A DNA stretch of 50,225 nt. Source: Octopus bimaculoides (taxonomy: Eukaryota). The notes beneath the pieces were generated by a model. It was not told the DNA's origin, searched no databases, and saw only the letters and a list, made by a program, of their open reading frames with translations. Position 1 is the first letter of the stretch. Every line of letters begins with the position of its first letter. Where the stretch lies: positions 17,785,801 to 17,836,025 of the forward strand of contig NC_068998.1 in the NCBI RefSeq assembly GCF_001194135.2, given 5' to 3'. Shown here one piece after another: positions 11,901 to 25,462 of this stretch. The translations under genes and the position numbers were made by a program.

Positions 11901-13992
11901 AACTGATGATGATAATGAACTTCAACAGTATGACACTGTTTTGTTTTATGGACACAAGAGTTTCATTTCATGGTATTAAAAAGAATATTGGGTCACTACT
12001 CAGGAAAGATCCACAAGATTATTAGGTTGATTTTAATCAATACTCATTAAATTATAATCTGAACTTCACTTAGATGTATTCTTATGTTTAATAAATCTAT
12101 TATTCTCTGATAACACACAGCCCTAATATTAACATGAAACAAGAGTATAAAATTCTTTAACAAAAGGTAGTGAAAATGCCCTTACCCACTTAACTACTAG
12201 TACATGTATATACACACACTAGTGATTTGTTACTTTTTGCTTAGAAAGGTCTTTAGTTTGAATCCTGTCTGGGACCATATTTCCATTCCAGAATATGATA
12301 CTTAGTAATGAAGGAATACTGAACTGATCAAAGCATAGTGTACAGTTAAATCATCATTTAACATCCATTTTCCATGCTGGCATGGTTTGGATGGTCTGGC
12401 AGGAACTGATAAGGATAGGGGCCACACCAGACTACATTGTCTGTTTTGGTATGGCTTCTATGGTTAGATGCCCTTCCTAATACTGACCACTTCACAGTGT
12501 TCTGGGTGCTTTTTACAGCCATGGCACCAACATTGACAGGGTCACCATTTTAAAAAATATACACTCTAATGATGAAGTTAAAAGTATCCAGAAAAATTTT
12601 CATCTTAATAACTGCTCATCTCAGTCCTGTTTATTTAAAGAAGTATAAGTCAGTTTGCTCTTATTTAAATCTCATTGGTCGTTAGAAAATATTTATATTT
12701 ATTAAAAGTTTTTAAGTCTCATAAATTGTTAAGTATTCATAAGACCAGAGCTAAGTTCCTTTTGTATTGCATTAAGTGGATGAGAAAGATATTTCCTTAA
12801 TAGAGAGCTACTTTCTGAAAAGATCCTGGAATCTAATCCCACAGCTCAGTAAAGTATCATGTTAAAAAGCAAATACATGTTGCAGATATGTATTCTTTTC
12901 AACTGTTCATCAGGCTGGAAAGAGCCTTCAAATAAGCCAGGTGTTTTGGCTACTCTTTATAGATGGAAAGCCCATCACATGTACATGTGTGTATGTATAC
13001 ACACACGCACACACTGATGCTTCCTACATTGTGATTAACATTTTTTATTACCATGATATCTAAATCATTGCTCTTTGAGGTTGTTGAAGTAGCTGCAGGC
13101 ATGGTGAAATAGTCAACAAGTTTGTTTCACAACCACATAGTTCCAGGTTTGATACAATGGCACAGCACCTTAAGCAAGTGTCTTCTGCGATATCCTTGAG
13201 TTGACTAATGACATGCGAGTGAAATTTGGCTGACGGAAACTATATGAAAGTTTGCTATGTGCATCTGCATGCATGTGTGTGTGTGTATGTATATATATAT
13301 ATATATATTATATACATACATACACAATGTGTATGTCTTTTGAGGAAATATATTGGCGAAGAATGTAAAACCAGAGTCACTGTTTCATTACATTTTAGAC
13401 TCATGCTCTGGCATAGGCTGGACAGGATTTTGCATCCCAAGTCAATCCTTCTCGCTAGTTACTGTCCTCATAGCTGGGGTTAGATCAGAGAACCATATTT
13501 CACTAATATGTTGAGTTTTTGGTTTGGTTTCTCCAGCCAGATTCTCTTCCTATCACCAACTGTTTTACAGAGTGTTTTGGGTACATTTGATCATGGTTCC
13601 GTCACTAATAAGGTTGCCTTGTACTCCATAACATTCAATATCCCTCATTAAGCTGTGTTAATTCATTAAAGGCTGTAAAGGTGGATAGAAGAGAGAGTGA
13701 CACCTAACAAAGAACATGTATGGGAGGGTGGAGAAAGCAAGAACCTGATGGAAGGAACAGTGATTGGGGTAAGAGGGTAACGCGGGAGAGAATAATAACC
13801 TCGGTGGGTAGATGTGTAATTGATGAATGTCAGTAACATGTAGCCCAAGAAAGAAAGGATGGTAGTGTGTGGTGGGGTGGGCAGTCAGATCCAGTGCAAT
13901 CTCTCATACACAGGCTTCATGACGTGTGGTCATGGTGAGTTTGAAATAAAGGTAGGTTCCAAACTAGCATTCCTTATTACACTGGTGATATG

Positions 13993-14376
13993 GTTGTTGG
14001 CACTCCGTTGCTTACAACGTCGAGGGTTCCAGTTGATCCGATCAACGGAACAGCCTGCTCGTGAAATTAACGTGCAAGTGGCTGAGCACTCCACAGACAC
14101 GTGTACCCTTAACGTAGTTCTCGGGGATATTCAGCGTGACACAGAGTGTGACAAGGCTGACCCTTTGAATTACAGGCACAACAGAAACAGGAAGTAAGAG
14201 TGAGAGAAAGTTGTGGTGGAAGAGTACAGCAGGGTTCACCACCATCCCCTGCCGGAGCCTCGTGGAGCTGTAGGTGTTTTCGCTCAATAAACACTCACAA
14301 CGCCCGGTCTGGGAATCGAAACCGCGATCCTATGACTGCGAGTCCGCTGCCCTAACCACTGGGCCATTGTGCCTCC
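13993..14376 (-). mobile_element. Young full-length tRNA(Arg)-like SINE (family B) with target-site duplication
   Basis: The minus-strand head ggaggcacaatggcccagtggttagggcagcggactcgcagtcataggatcgcggtttcgattccc is tRNA-like with TCG in the anticodon position. The TSD (c)tggtgatat is at 13982-13991 and 14376-14385. It is nearly identical to 48262-48641. Confidence 0.9.
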
Positions 14377-15150
14377 TGGTGATATAGTACAGTAAATGAA
14401 AGAGAAGTGGGTCTCTTTGGTGAAAGTTATTCAAGTGCACTGGCATCTGTGATATTTGTTCTTAACCAAGTTGTACAGATGCTCCCTTGCCACTCGTTGA
14501 CAGAAATACTGTGATTGGCCTGTTGGAAATCCTGAACCAGCAATACACCAAATGTAATATGAAATTAATAGGTGCCTAATAAGATAAGTTATTCAAGTTA
14601 GTCACTGTGGTAATTTCTCAGTACTATTTTAAGCAGTTCTAGTATCTCTCTCTGAAGAAGAACTTTGTTCAAAGCATCATACTTGTTTCCTTGTCAGCAG
14701 ATAAACTTATCCACTTCACAAACAAATTTTATTACATGTTTTGCATATGTTGACCACTACTAGTTACTTCTAATTTCACTTTTTATTTCTTTGTAGATTT
14801 GCTTGTTTTGCTTATCTGTTAATCCTACTTGTATAACAATTGTAGAGATTATAATGGATACCATACTGTCTGTTTCATGGCTAACTTTTTATTACTCACC
14901 CTTGCTACTTTGGTGATATTAGCCACTTCTCCACTGAGGCTACATATACTCCACAAGAGCAAGACTCTTCCACAACTGAAACTTCTTTCTTATGATATCT
15001 CCCTCCCGGACTACTTCATTTTAGTTTTTTCACCCATCATACTCTATTTGCTTACACTTTATCTACTACTTTATTACCTTGAATCTACTTTTCATCAGCT
15101 ATTGATACTGGCCAACCTAATATTTATCTATATCCATCCATCCATCCATA

Positions 15151-15290
15151 TCATCATCATCATTATCGTTTAACGTCTGCTTTCCATGCTAGCATGGGTT
15201 GGACGATTTGACTGAGGACTGGTGAAACCAGATGGCTACACCAGGCTCCAATCTGATTTGGCAGAGTTTCTACAGCTGGATGCCCTTCCT
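15151..15290 (-). mobile_element. RTE LINE 3' UTR fragment with (GAT)n tail
   Basis: It is almost identical to 39786-39927, which is contiguous across a gap with RTE ORF2. It is flanked by (TCCA)n and (TA)n. Older relatives lie at ~1580, 12355, 15477, 17090, 18293, 19005, 23700, 29160 and 31450. Confidence 0.85.
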
Positions 15291-18200
15291 CATATATATA
15301 TATATATATGAAGTAGTGAGGGCTGATCTATCCCTCCTACAAGACACCTGTTTCAGACCCTCTGTCATTACCCAGCATAAGGCCACCTCCATCAATACTT
15401 CTCCTCGGCTCAATTGAGGGATTTTCATCTTGCAAGTTACTTGGTTACCTCACTAGTGCAACGGCCCATGTGAAAAAGCACCCAGTTCACTCTGTAAAGT
15501 GCTTGGTCTTAGGAAGGGCATCCAGCCGTAAAAACCATGCCAAGGCAGACAGTAGAGCTTGGCACAGTTCTGTGGCTCACCAGCTCTTATCAAATCTCCA
15601 ACCCATACCGGCATGGAAAACAGACATTAAGGGATGATGATGATGATAGACATGCACACCACCACCACCACCAATCATCCACTGGTGCATGCTTGCAAGG
15701 GTTGGATGGAATTTCTTGAGGCAGATTTTTATAGCCAGATCCCTTACCTGTCGCTAGCATTCACCTGCTTCCAAGTAAGGTAATCTTTCTCTATGACCAG
15801 ACATGTTTACATGGAAGATTGGAAATGAAGACACAACTTGCATGATGGTGACACAACTATCACATGATGTCAAAGCAAGCAGAGAGTAATACGCACACAC
15901 ACAGAGACACACACCATGTCTGGTAAGTTCACCGTCATCAATTCACTGTTTTTTTTATCAATAAATTAGTTTTTAGCTGTTATTAATGGTGGGATACTGT
16001 GGATATATTTTCTCGGTAAACTTAGCTCACGGTGGACTTTTCCTCATTGAATTGACGGCAGTGAACTTACCTGTAATCCACACACACACACACACAAATC
16101 TTTTGGGTTTCTTTAAGTTTCTATTTGCTAAATCCACTCACAAAGCTGTGGCTGGTTCAGGGCTATCGTAGACAAAACTTGCTCAATGTATCACACAGTG
16201 GGACTGAATCCAGAGCCATGTGGTTGTGAAGCAAACTTCTTACTACACAGCCATTCCTGCATCTGTATATAAACACTAACTTTGAAACTATTCCGGTTGC
16301 CTTAGGGCTTTTTGAGAAAATCTCACAGCTAAGTCTCATTCTTCTTCCATGATTTTTTTTCTCACTATTCCCATCACTTTCTTCATCTCTTCATTATTGT
16401 CTTTCACTCCTTACTATTTTATTTATGTTAATTACTGTGTATTTTCTTCATTAGAGAGAAATCAATCATTTTGAAAGTATCACCATTTATCCTACTCTTG
16501 CAGGATTGGTTGCTTATTTGGCTAGCATCGATATCTCTACTTCTTATTACTTGACTCTTTCTTCTAAGACAGACTCCATCTGGAAGAGACATTGTTCATT
16601 ATGCTGTAGAGAAAGTAACATGTCTAACCATGAATAAAGGCAATATAGAATTGAAAAATTTTTTTGTCATGCAAAATGATATTAATCCCTTAGTTAATTA
16701 GGGTGTGCATGATGCTGTTGTCAGCAGTGACTGGTACAAGTCATCATCACCATTAACTACTGTTGCAGGTGTAAAGAGATTGCAATAATGGGAGTGGGAA
16801 ATTACATTAGATGAGGGTAAGTAATGGAAATGAAAAAGTGTCCTACTGAAGTGATTACAGGAGAATTAGGATATGACGTTTGAGTTTGCAACAAATGTAA
16901 TGAATAGTCACAAGAGCAGGCCATGTCTATACATGACCTCCTCTCGTTTAAGGTCAGGATTAACAGTGAATTTAGTGAGCATTCTATTGCCCATCATTGG
17001 CAACATGGTCCTCATTGAGAAATCTTGTACTGAATTGCAGAAAAGGACCTAAAACATTGTTACGACAAAGGCTTAAATCTTGAAATCATCATTGTTTAAC
17101 ATCTACTTTCCATGCTGGCGTGGGTTGAATGGTCTGACATGGAGCTGGCTAGCAGGGAGCTAACCAGACTTCAGCTGTCTGTTGAGGCATGGTTTCTATG
17201 ACTGGATGCCCTTCCTAATGCCACCCACTTAGCAGAGTATGCTAGGTACTTTTCACATGCCACTGGCCTGGGTGCTTTTTAAGTGGTACCAGCACCTTGA
17301 AAGGACAGGCCTGTATGTGTGGAAGACAGCAGTTTTACTTAGCTTGATGTGTTGTATCAAGTACAGCAAATTGCCACATCTGGAAATATTAGGGGATATT
17401 GCATCCTGATGGTGTCTTGAGAAGTGGCTTTATTCAATATGTTTGAAAGGAATAAGAAATTCAGTACTATAAAGAGAGTGCAAGCTATAGGTACACAAAA
17501 GTAGTAGATTGATGGGGAACCAGAAACTTTTAATGCACCTGATATAATGGACTAGTTAACTATAAAAATGACCTCGAAATGATTCTAAGCAGCTCATTTT
17601 TTTTGCATGAAAGTATGTGTTATGCCACTTAAATAATATAATTGATGTTGGAGAGGACTCCAGTGAATGCATAGTGACTAGAGTACGCATGGAGAGAAAT
17701 TTATGTCTGTTACATGAAAATGGTTTCTCTGTCTAGATAAAAAGCAGTCTACATAAAAGTGTAGCCAATGTTACATCATCAATATGAAGCATGAGTAATA
17801 AATGCGGAAGAGTTACAACAACTAGAAATGGATGGATAGGCTGTGTCTTGTCAATCAAACATAAAATATTAGTTTATGGAGAAGGCTAGGAGTTAAAATT
17901 TGGCTCTATGATCAAAGGCATTCCAACCATGACCATCCTGTCATTTTGTATATCTCTAGCACTATATCCTTTTAAGATGGCAGGATGTGATGTGAAGGAG
18001 ACTTGGCTGTGGTTTCTAGTAGGTAAAGTAACCATTGTAGAGACTGCCTCTTTAAATCCTTTGGCTTTTGCTGGATATCAGAGCTTTTTGTTGGAGTGTT
18101 AATGGATGACAGTCGAAGTGGTGTGTGCTTGTAATATATAATCAATATTTACCGAGAAAAATGTGCAGTGATTCGACAGTGTGTTTGTACTTGCAGACTC

Positions 18201-21200
18201 AGAAATGTTTTCTAAAAATTAGTCCTTTGTTCTGCTGTGTTTGTTATTTTTTTCTACTCTGCTACAAAACTGTCCTGAACTGGCTGTCCATTCATCATCA
18301 TCCCCCTTTCCATGCTAGCATGGGTTGGACAGTTCAACAGGAACTGATGAGCCAGAGGACTTGCACTGAACTCCGATGTCTGTTTTGGCATGGTTTCTAC
18401 TGCTGGATACCCTTCCTAACACCAACCACTTTACAGAGTGGACTGGGCGTTTTTTTATGTGGCTCCAGCACTAGCAAGGTCACCAAGCACTTACAAGACA
18501 AGACCGATCCTTCTCGTCAACTGAGCATAGTATGGTATTAATGGAGGTGAAAGTATCACAAAGGGACAGGAAGAGGTCTTACTGAAGACAAAGATACATG
18601 GCTTCTCCATGGAGAGAGAGAGAGAAATGGTAAGGATGCAGCCTGAAGGTACAAAGTGAATATGAGCAAGAGAGAAGAGATAGAGGAACAGAAAGGGTGG
18701 GTGGACAGGACAGGTAGGTTTGTGAAAGGAGTATGACAAATTATCGGACATGGGAACAAATTATTAGACATTGGACACAATGAATATCAGTTTCTTCTTT
18801 TATTCCTTACCCACAAAATATTACTTCCATCAGACTAGTGAATACTTTTACCCAAATTGTAGTGCTAGTGGCATGTAGAAAACAGCCATACTGGTGACAT
18901 GGAATGCACCCATGACGGCGATACAGGGAAGGCACCCATGCTGGTGCCATGCGGAAGGCACTCATGTATGTGACATGTGGAAGGCACTCATGCTGGTGAC
19001 ACATTAAAGGCATCTGGTACACTCTGTAGAGCGGTTTGTGTTAGGAAGGGCATCAAGTAATAGAAACCAAACCAAAATAGACTAGAGCTTGGTGCAGCTC
19101 TCCAGCCTACCAGTTTCAGTCAAACTGTCTAACCCATGTCATGATGATGATTCTTCCTCTCCAGAGCTTCACTTTTTTTCCTAGAGTTTCTTTATAATCC
19201 ATACTTTCCACTCATCTGCAGGCATTAAAAGTAAACACTGACTGAATTAGCATCATCATATTATTCCTCTTACCCAGTCTAAGAAGACTTGAAATCATTA
19301 TAGGCAGTATTCCTTTATCTGATTAACCTCTAAGTAAAAAAAAAAAAAAAGGGAACTTGATCCTCATATACCAGAATGGAAATAGAAGATACAGTTAGAC
19401 TTCAGTGGATTACATAAGTTATCTAAAATTTATGTTCTGAGTTCAAATCCCATAGAGTATTAACATTATCTTTTATTCTTCCACATCATTAAAATAAGTA
19501 TTGGGTTTGCTTATATCAAATGCAGTACTTATTTTTCCCACCTTGGAAAATTTTCAGTCCTGTGCTTTTGTTAGAAATTATTCTTATTCATCTCATTGAT
19601 GTCATAAGAGAATTGGTTTGACAGAATTGTTTGCATTTCAGATTTGTATTTCTTCCAGCTTTTTATGTTCTGAGTTCAGTTCTTGCCAGGGTCATTTTGC
19701 CTTTCATCTCTCTGGGGCTGATAAAATACAGTACCAGCCAAGTACTAGGGTTGATGTAACCAACTGTCACCAAATTTCACACCTTGTGCTTAAATTAGAA
19801 ACAGTTAAAGTGGTGTCAGAAGGGCATTGAATCAGGAGAATTACTAGAGCATCAGACAAAAGGCTCTGTGTTATTTGTTATGGCTTTTTATGTTCTGAGT
19901 TCAAATCGTGCCAAGGTCAACTTTGCCTTTTTTTTCTCCATGGGATTCAATAGAATAAAGTACCAGTCATGGTACTGACTAATTCCCATCCCGTAAAGTT
20001 GCTGGACTTGTGCCTAAATTATCATTATTGATATTGGATAAAATTCTTTGTGCTAGTTCTTCTGACTCTTTACATTAAGTACCAGTCAAGTACTGGGGTT
20101 GGTGTTATCAGCTAACCTCCTCCCAACAAATTTCAGGCTTTGTGCTTATATTAGAATTATTATTGGTTGGAGTGGCTGGAGAAATGTTCAGTTACATTCC
20201 TCTACTGAGTTCAAATTACCTTTCATCCTTCTGAAGTTGATAAATAAGTGTCAAATAATAGGCTGGTTATTTTCTTAACTACATCCATATTTTACAATTT
20301 GTGACTTTCAGCCAAAGCTAGGAATCATTATTGTTGACCTTTTCATGTTACCAAAGATTGCTGCATTTCTAATGATTAATGGATTAATGGGAAAAAATGT
20401 CCCATTAATTCCTTTCCAGGATTTCTCTTTGAATTCTTTTTGACTTTATAGGGTTAAAAATACTTTTTTGTTTTTTGTATTAGATAATAAAGAAAACAGG
20501 CATGGCTGTGTGGTAAGAAGTTTGCTTCCCAATCACATGGTTTTGAGTTCACTCCTACTGGTATTCTGGACAAGTGACTTCACCTATACCCCTCAGCGGA
20601 CCAAAGCCTTTGAGAATGGATTAAGGAGACAGAAATTGAAAGAAGCTCATCATACGTGTGTGCGTGCGCATGCATGCCTTGGTTTTGACATCACATGATT
20701 GTTTATAAATGAGTATCACTGTCATACAAGCAGTGTCATTCATTTTCAATATTCTACAAGAACATTCCTGGTCATGGGGAAATATTATCTTGCTTGCAAA
20801 CAGAGGTTTGGTAACAGGAAAGCATCCATTCAGCTATAGAAAGTCTGCCTCAAATAAAAACTCTGTCCAATCTATGGAAAAGCAGATGTTAAATGATGAT
20901 GATGATGATGATTGTCAAGCGACTTAGAATAGTAATAAATGAAATGGAAGTAATAATACTAAATGTTGTAAGAAGCATGTGTTGTAAGAAGCCATTCACT
21001 GTGAATTTATTAGCATAATGTTTGCTTATACAGACGTATGAGAATTAAAAAAAGCACAAAAAACCCCATTTTAAAAAAAATAAGTACAATAATATATAGA
21101 GCAGGTATTAGATCTATTACATGAAGTGGGGTAATACCACAAGCAAACTTTGTGTGGTGGTGGTGGTGGTGGTGGGACAGGTATTGTAGGACACAAGTTT

Positions 21201-22129
21201 ATCACAAGTAAACTGGTGTCTATTCTTTTGGCTAAGTAAACTGAGGAAAGTAAACTTTTTCTCTAGTCACATGCAGCCTTGTATTCTTTCTGGGTGAGAA
21301 GTTCTTGACCACACGCTATCTACCAGTGACATTCTTCAGATATTTGGCCATGAAACAATGAAAGATAGTGTCATTCTTGATTACTTATGTTGCCTTATAA
21401 ATATCGTGAGAAATGCAGTGGAAGAAAAGGTAACAAGAAGAAATATCTAAATAATTTTAACTGAAGCAATTGCTAGTTGTCAACCTTATTCGGAAGATCT
21501 AATAGGTTGTGAGGGTCAGGGATTGACCTTGCTGGGAAAGTCAAAATTACTGTTCATCATCCTCTATATCACTTAGACAACTAAAGCAACTACAGGACCT
21601 CTTATGGTTACTTGACCTGTTAGATATAGTAGCCAAATCTCCCTCCAGATCACATTCTACTGATTTAGGGAAAGGTGATATAACCCTGGATACTCTTGGA
21701 AAGACTGGGTAGTTAAAACTTGGACACATTTAATCATAGATCTATTTGATCAGAGCTGACCTGGAGTTCATATCATTGCTAACAGCCTAAGCTTTTGGTA
21801 CTTTGCCTGGAGGATTTCTACTCGCTTCTCAACGAACTACAACAAATACATATACAGCACTATGCTGACAAAACCGTTGCATTTGCTGTCTCTCACTTTC
21901 TCTCTCTCTCTCACTTTCTCTCTCTCTCACACAAAAACTCTTGAGTTTTCCTCAGATTTATCCTCCATTCCAACTGTCTCATCATGCCTTACAGGCAAGT
22001 GTCAAGTGTAAATTTTCTTCAATCATTTTAAGCTAACACAGAAATTATGCTCAGAATTATTTCCAAACATTGTTTTCCAAATCCGCTTTAGGATCTTCAC
22101 TCTTTCCCAATCTTTTTATCGTATCAATG

Positions 22130-22480
22130 ACCATCAATAGTTTCTGTTGACCAGTATCCACCAGACGTGTTCTCATCTGTCACACACCAGCAGTTCTCTT
22201 AGTCTTAACTGTTTTGGTAAAAGCAATGCATTCATCTTTGATGTCCTCAAAACCTTTGACCATGTCTGGCATTAGAATCCACTTGATGAGTTTCCTCCTT
22301 GTGCAATTCATTTGTTGCTCAACTCTTCCTCTATATAAGTTTTCCATTACATTGTGTATTCATGGAGCTTTCTCTATCTCATATGTTATCGATGCTGGTT
22401 GCTCCAAGATTTTGTTGTCTCCACATCCATCCTTCCATGTGTACATTAACAATCCTTTTGCTGTTTTCTAATCCTCTCTT
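22130..22480 (+). mobile_element. Highly degenerate LINE RT remnant (CR1/Jockey-like)
   Basis: Translations AFIFDVLKTFDHVWH* and AGCSKILLSPHPSFHVYINNP resemble the RT motifs D-x-S-KAFDRVWH and GVPQGS-x-LSP-x-LF-x-x-YIND. Confidence 0.5.
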
Positions 22481-23202
22481 ACACATGTGTAGAATAAACT
22501 ACTTTTCATTCCTCCTTAATGTTCCACATGTAATGTCATCTAATTGATCACCTGTAAAATATATACTGTTTCTATGAAAGAAAACTTGGTAAAAAAAAAT
22601 CCTTCATTTACAACTTAATCTCTTTCATCATAGACATAGCTCTACTTTCTATTCTTTCGTAACACACCCATCTCTTCTCTGAACATCCTCCGAAACCCAT
22701 CATTAAACATCTTACTCTAACTCTCTTCTCCTCAGCTGCAACCCTCTCCAATCCCCTACTCACCCACATTTTTCACTATAGATGTTGACATACAAAATTC
22801 ATACTGAATATCACCTGTGTCAACCTTGCTAGTCTAGAAGAGTCTGCAATTGTTATCACGGATGCTGCCTAATTAAAAAAAAAAAATTTATAGCATTAAT
22901 TTGAGATGGAAATAGTCTGTGAGCCTGTTGCACTTTGTTCTTCCTCAAATTTGTGCTTAAATTATATAATTTACATTAAAATCTTAGCTGTTTTGAATTT
23001 TTCATTTGTGCATATTTGTAGGGTTAATCCTTGTCACAAATATTGACCTAATGCAGGCCAGTTTGCTCTAGTAGACAATATCTTATATGGCTAGCACTAA
23101 GTGGCTGATGAATTATCTGTGAAACAAGAGATAAGGACATAGCTTAACAGTGAGCTAATTATTATACAATGTTGCTGTTTTTATTTTCCTGCAACAAATT
23201 AG

Positions 23203-23223
23203 GTTATTGTTCCGGTTCCGAAA
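23203..23223 (+). CDS. Candidate 21-nt microexon of the host gene (GYCSGSE in phase 1; VIVPVPK in phase 0)
   Basis: tgttgctgtttttattttcctgcaacaaattAG|GTTATTGTTCCGGTTCCGAAA|GTAAGT: pyrimidine tract, consensus donor, length a multiple of 3, and open in the phase set by exon 1. Confidence 0.55.
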
Positions 23224-24644
23224 GTAAGTGACATCAAGAGCACTATAAAAGTCTTGCTGTAAAATATAATCTTATGACACATACACTATAAGTCTTGTAT
23301 TTTATATCATTGTTTACAATCATCACTCTGAATCTATTGAGCTACACTCTATTTTAATCTACTGATTCCCTCTGGCATCCAGTACTAAATGGATTTAGCC
23401 ATAAACACTGACCTCTCATCTGCAAGTTAAAATCCAGGCAGAATTATTTCACTCTAATTATCAGATATATGATTTAAAGTCTCAATTTTACACAATAATA
23501 CATTAGGTATCAACATCAGTTTACTTTTAGTTTTCAAAATATAATTATTTTGGGTGTCATCTTCAAGGAGCATGTCCCTCAGTTTAGGGACTATTTTTAC
23601 ACTGGACAGCTGTTAGGTAAAAGATATATTTTAGTATCATTCAGTATATGCTATCATTGGATAATTTGTTTCTTTTCTGATGAAGATGAGATGCTATCCA
23701 TCATCATCATCATTTAATGTCCATTTTCCATGCTGGCATGGGTTGGACGGTTTGACTGAAAACCGGTTAGCTGGGGAGCTGCACCAGGTTCCAATCTGAT
23801 TTGGCATGGTTTCTACAGCTGGATGCCCTTCCTAACTCCAACCACTCCGAGAGTGTAGTGAGTGCTTTTTATGTGCTACCAGCATGGGTGCCAGTTATGT
23901 ATATCGCCAAAGGTCTATTGCCAAAGGTCTCTGTCACTTGTCACTGTCTCTGTGAGGTCCAGCATTCAAATGGTGCTTTCTACATTGCCACCGGCATGGG
24001 TGCCAATTATGCAACACTGGCATCGGCCATGACTATGATCTCACTTGGCTTGATGGGTCTTCTCAAGCATGGCATATCACCCAATGTTTTTCTTCTCATC
24101 TGAAGGCTATAGTTCTTTGGTCTAATTTTGTTTGGGAAGCTTATGCATCATTCAAATCATATTATCAAAGTGTGGTGTGGTACAATGGTTTTGCTATGGA
24201 ATGGTAAAGCTATTTTTTCATTTTCTGTAAAAGCAATGTTTTGGACTTACGACACTTTTACATAATGGCAATGGTATATATTTCAGTCAGTTGAATGTAC
24301 TTCAATAATCATAGTGCTTTCTTTGAACGCAAATTATTTTTTATATTTCATGCTAACATGTGTTAAGCAGGTTCAATGAACAAGGATTAAATATTCACAT
24401 TTGGATATTCTATGTTCTTTTGGAATACCTGTTTTCCCCACTCTTAGCTACTCTCGTAAAGAAATGTTTGTACATTTTATCTAGGTTTCTTGCTAAGAAA
24501 AGTAAAGAAAGCTCTACTTGGCTCAAGGACAAAATAATATGTATTTGAGTGAAGGCCATGACTCCCCAACTCTGTCATTCTTAATTGGTTGACTAAGTCA
24601 ATATGTTTATAATTATTTAGATTACTTCTATAGCTGATGTTTAG

Positions 24645-24850
24645 CCCTTTAACATTCAGGTTACTCTGTCAAATATAATGCTTATGTATTTACATTGCTT
24701 TCAGTTAATCATGCATTGTCTTGTAGTTTCAAGATTTTGATGATGTAATTGTTTATTTTTAGAGTGACATTATAAGGTAGGTGTGAAAGGTTGAATCTGG
24801 CTAGTTTGAACATAAAACAGGTAGGATATTTGGAGCTGGATGCTAAAGAG
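24645..24850. mobile_element. piggyBac-type MITE (older copy)
   Basis: ttag|CCCTTTAACATT ... gATGCTAAAGAG|ttaa. The body aligns with 47548-47767. Confidence 0.65.
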
Positions 24851-25441
24851 TTAAAATGATGAAACATTTTCTTCTATATTCTCAGTTTCAAATTACTGCT
24901 AAGTTGTGAGTTTAATGCTCATTACGTGAGTGTTGGTTTTATTCTTCCATTGACCAAAATTGATAACAAAACTCTCTGTACAAAAGTGGACATAAAATCT
25001 ATGATTATGATGTATGGGATCTTGTGCAGTCTTTGCATTTAAACAATGTAAAGCTAATTGATATAAGTGACTTTCTGATTTTGAAAGGGCTTTCCTCTGA
25101 GATGATAGAGAAATTACTTATCTGTGTTGGATATCTCGTTAGTATGATGCAATTAACTAACTTAGCTGTTTCCTCTGTTTTGTATAAATGATGTGATATG
25201 TAGTAAGTTACTTTATTATAGAGATTCAGTTGCATAATTTTCTTTTGCAAGATTAGACTTGATAAAAACATTAGCATAATTCTTGCTTTTTAATAAATGA
25301 CAATTAAAAGGAACTTTAAAGGAATAACATATTATTAGATTACAGAATGTTGGAGTAAACTTAAAAGAAGAAAAAAATATTTGCATTGGTTTACTCTGAT
25401 GTATTAAATATTATTTATATATTATTTTTATAAGTGTCCAG

Positions 25442-25462
25442 TTGATCTTTGAAAAAGTAATG
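25442..25462 (+). other. Second candidate 21-nt microexon (LIFEKVM in phase 0; contains a stop in phases 1 and 2)
   Basis: ttatttttataagtgtccAG|TTGATCTTTGAAAAAGTAATG|GTAAGT. Confidence 0.3.

Noticed and set aside
14300-14376. tRNA-like sequence (also 48565-48641)
   Set aside because: It is the head of a SINE, with body and TSD present and no proper acceptor stem, so it is not a tRNA gene.
14479-14570. Exon-like stretch DAPLPLVDRNTVIGLLEILNQQYTK after tgtacAG
   Set aside because: The pyrimidine tract is weak, there is no good donor, and it sits next to a SINE in probable old repeat sequence.
21338-21430. Open frame IFGHETMKDSVILDYLCCLINIVRNAVEEK ending AAG|GTAACA
   Set aside because: The acceptor is mediocre, phase 0 does not match exon 1, and I recognise no homology.
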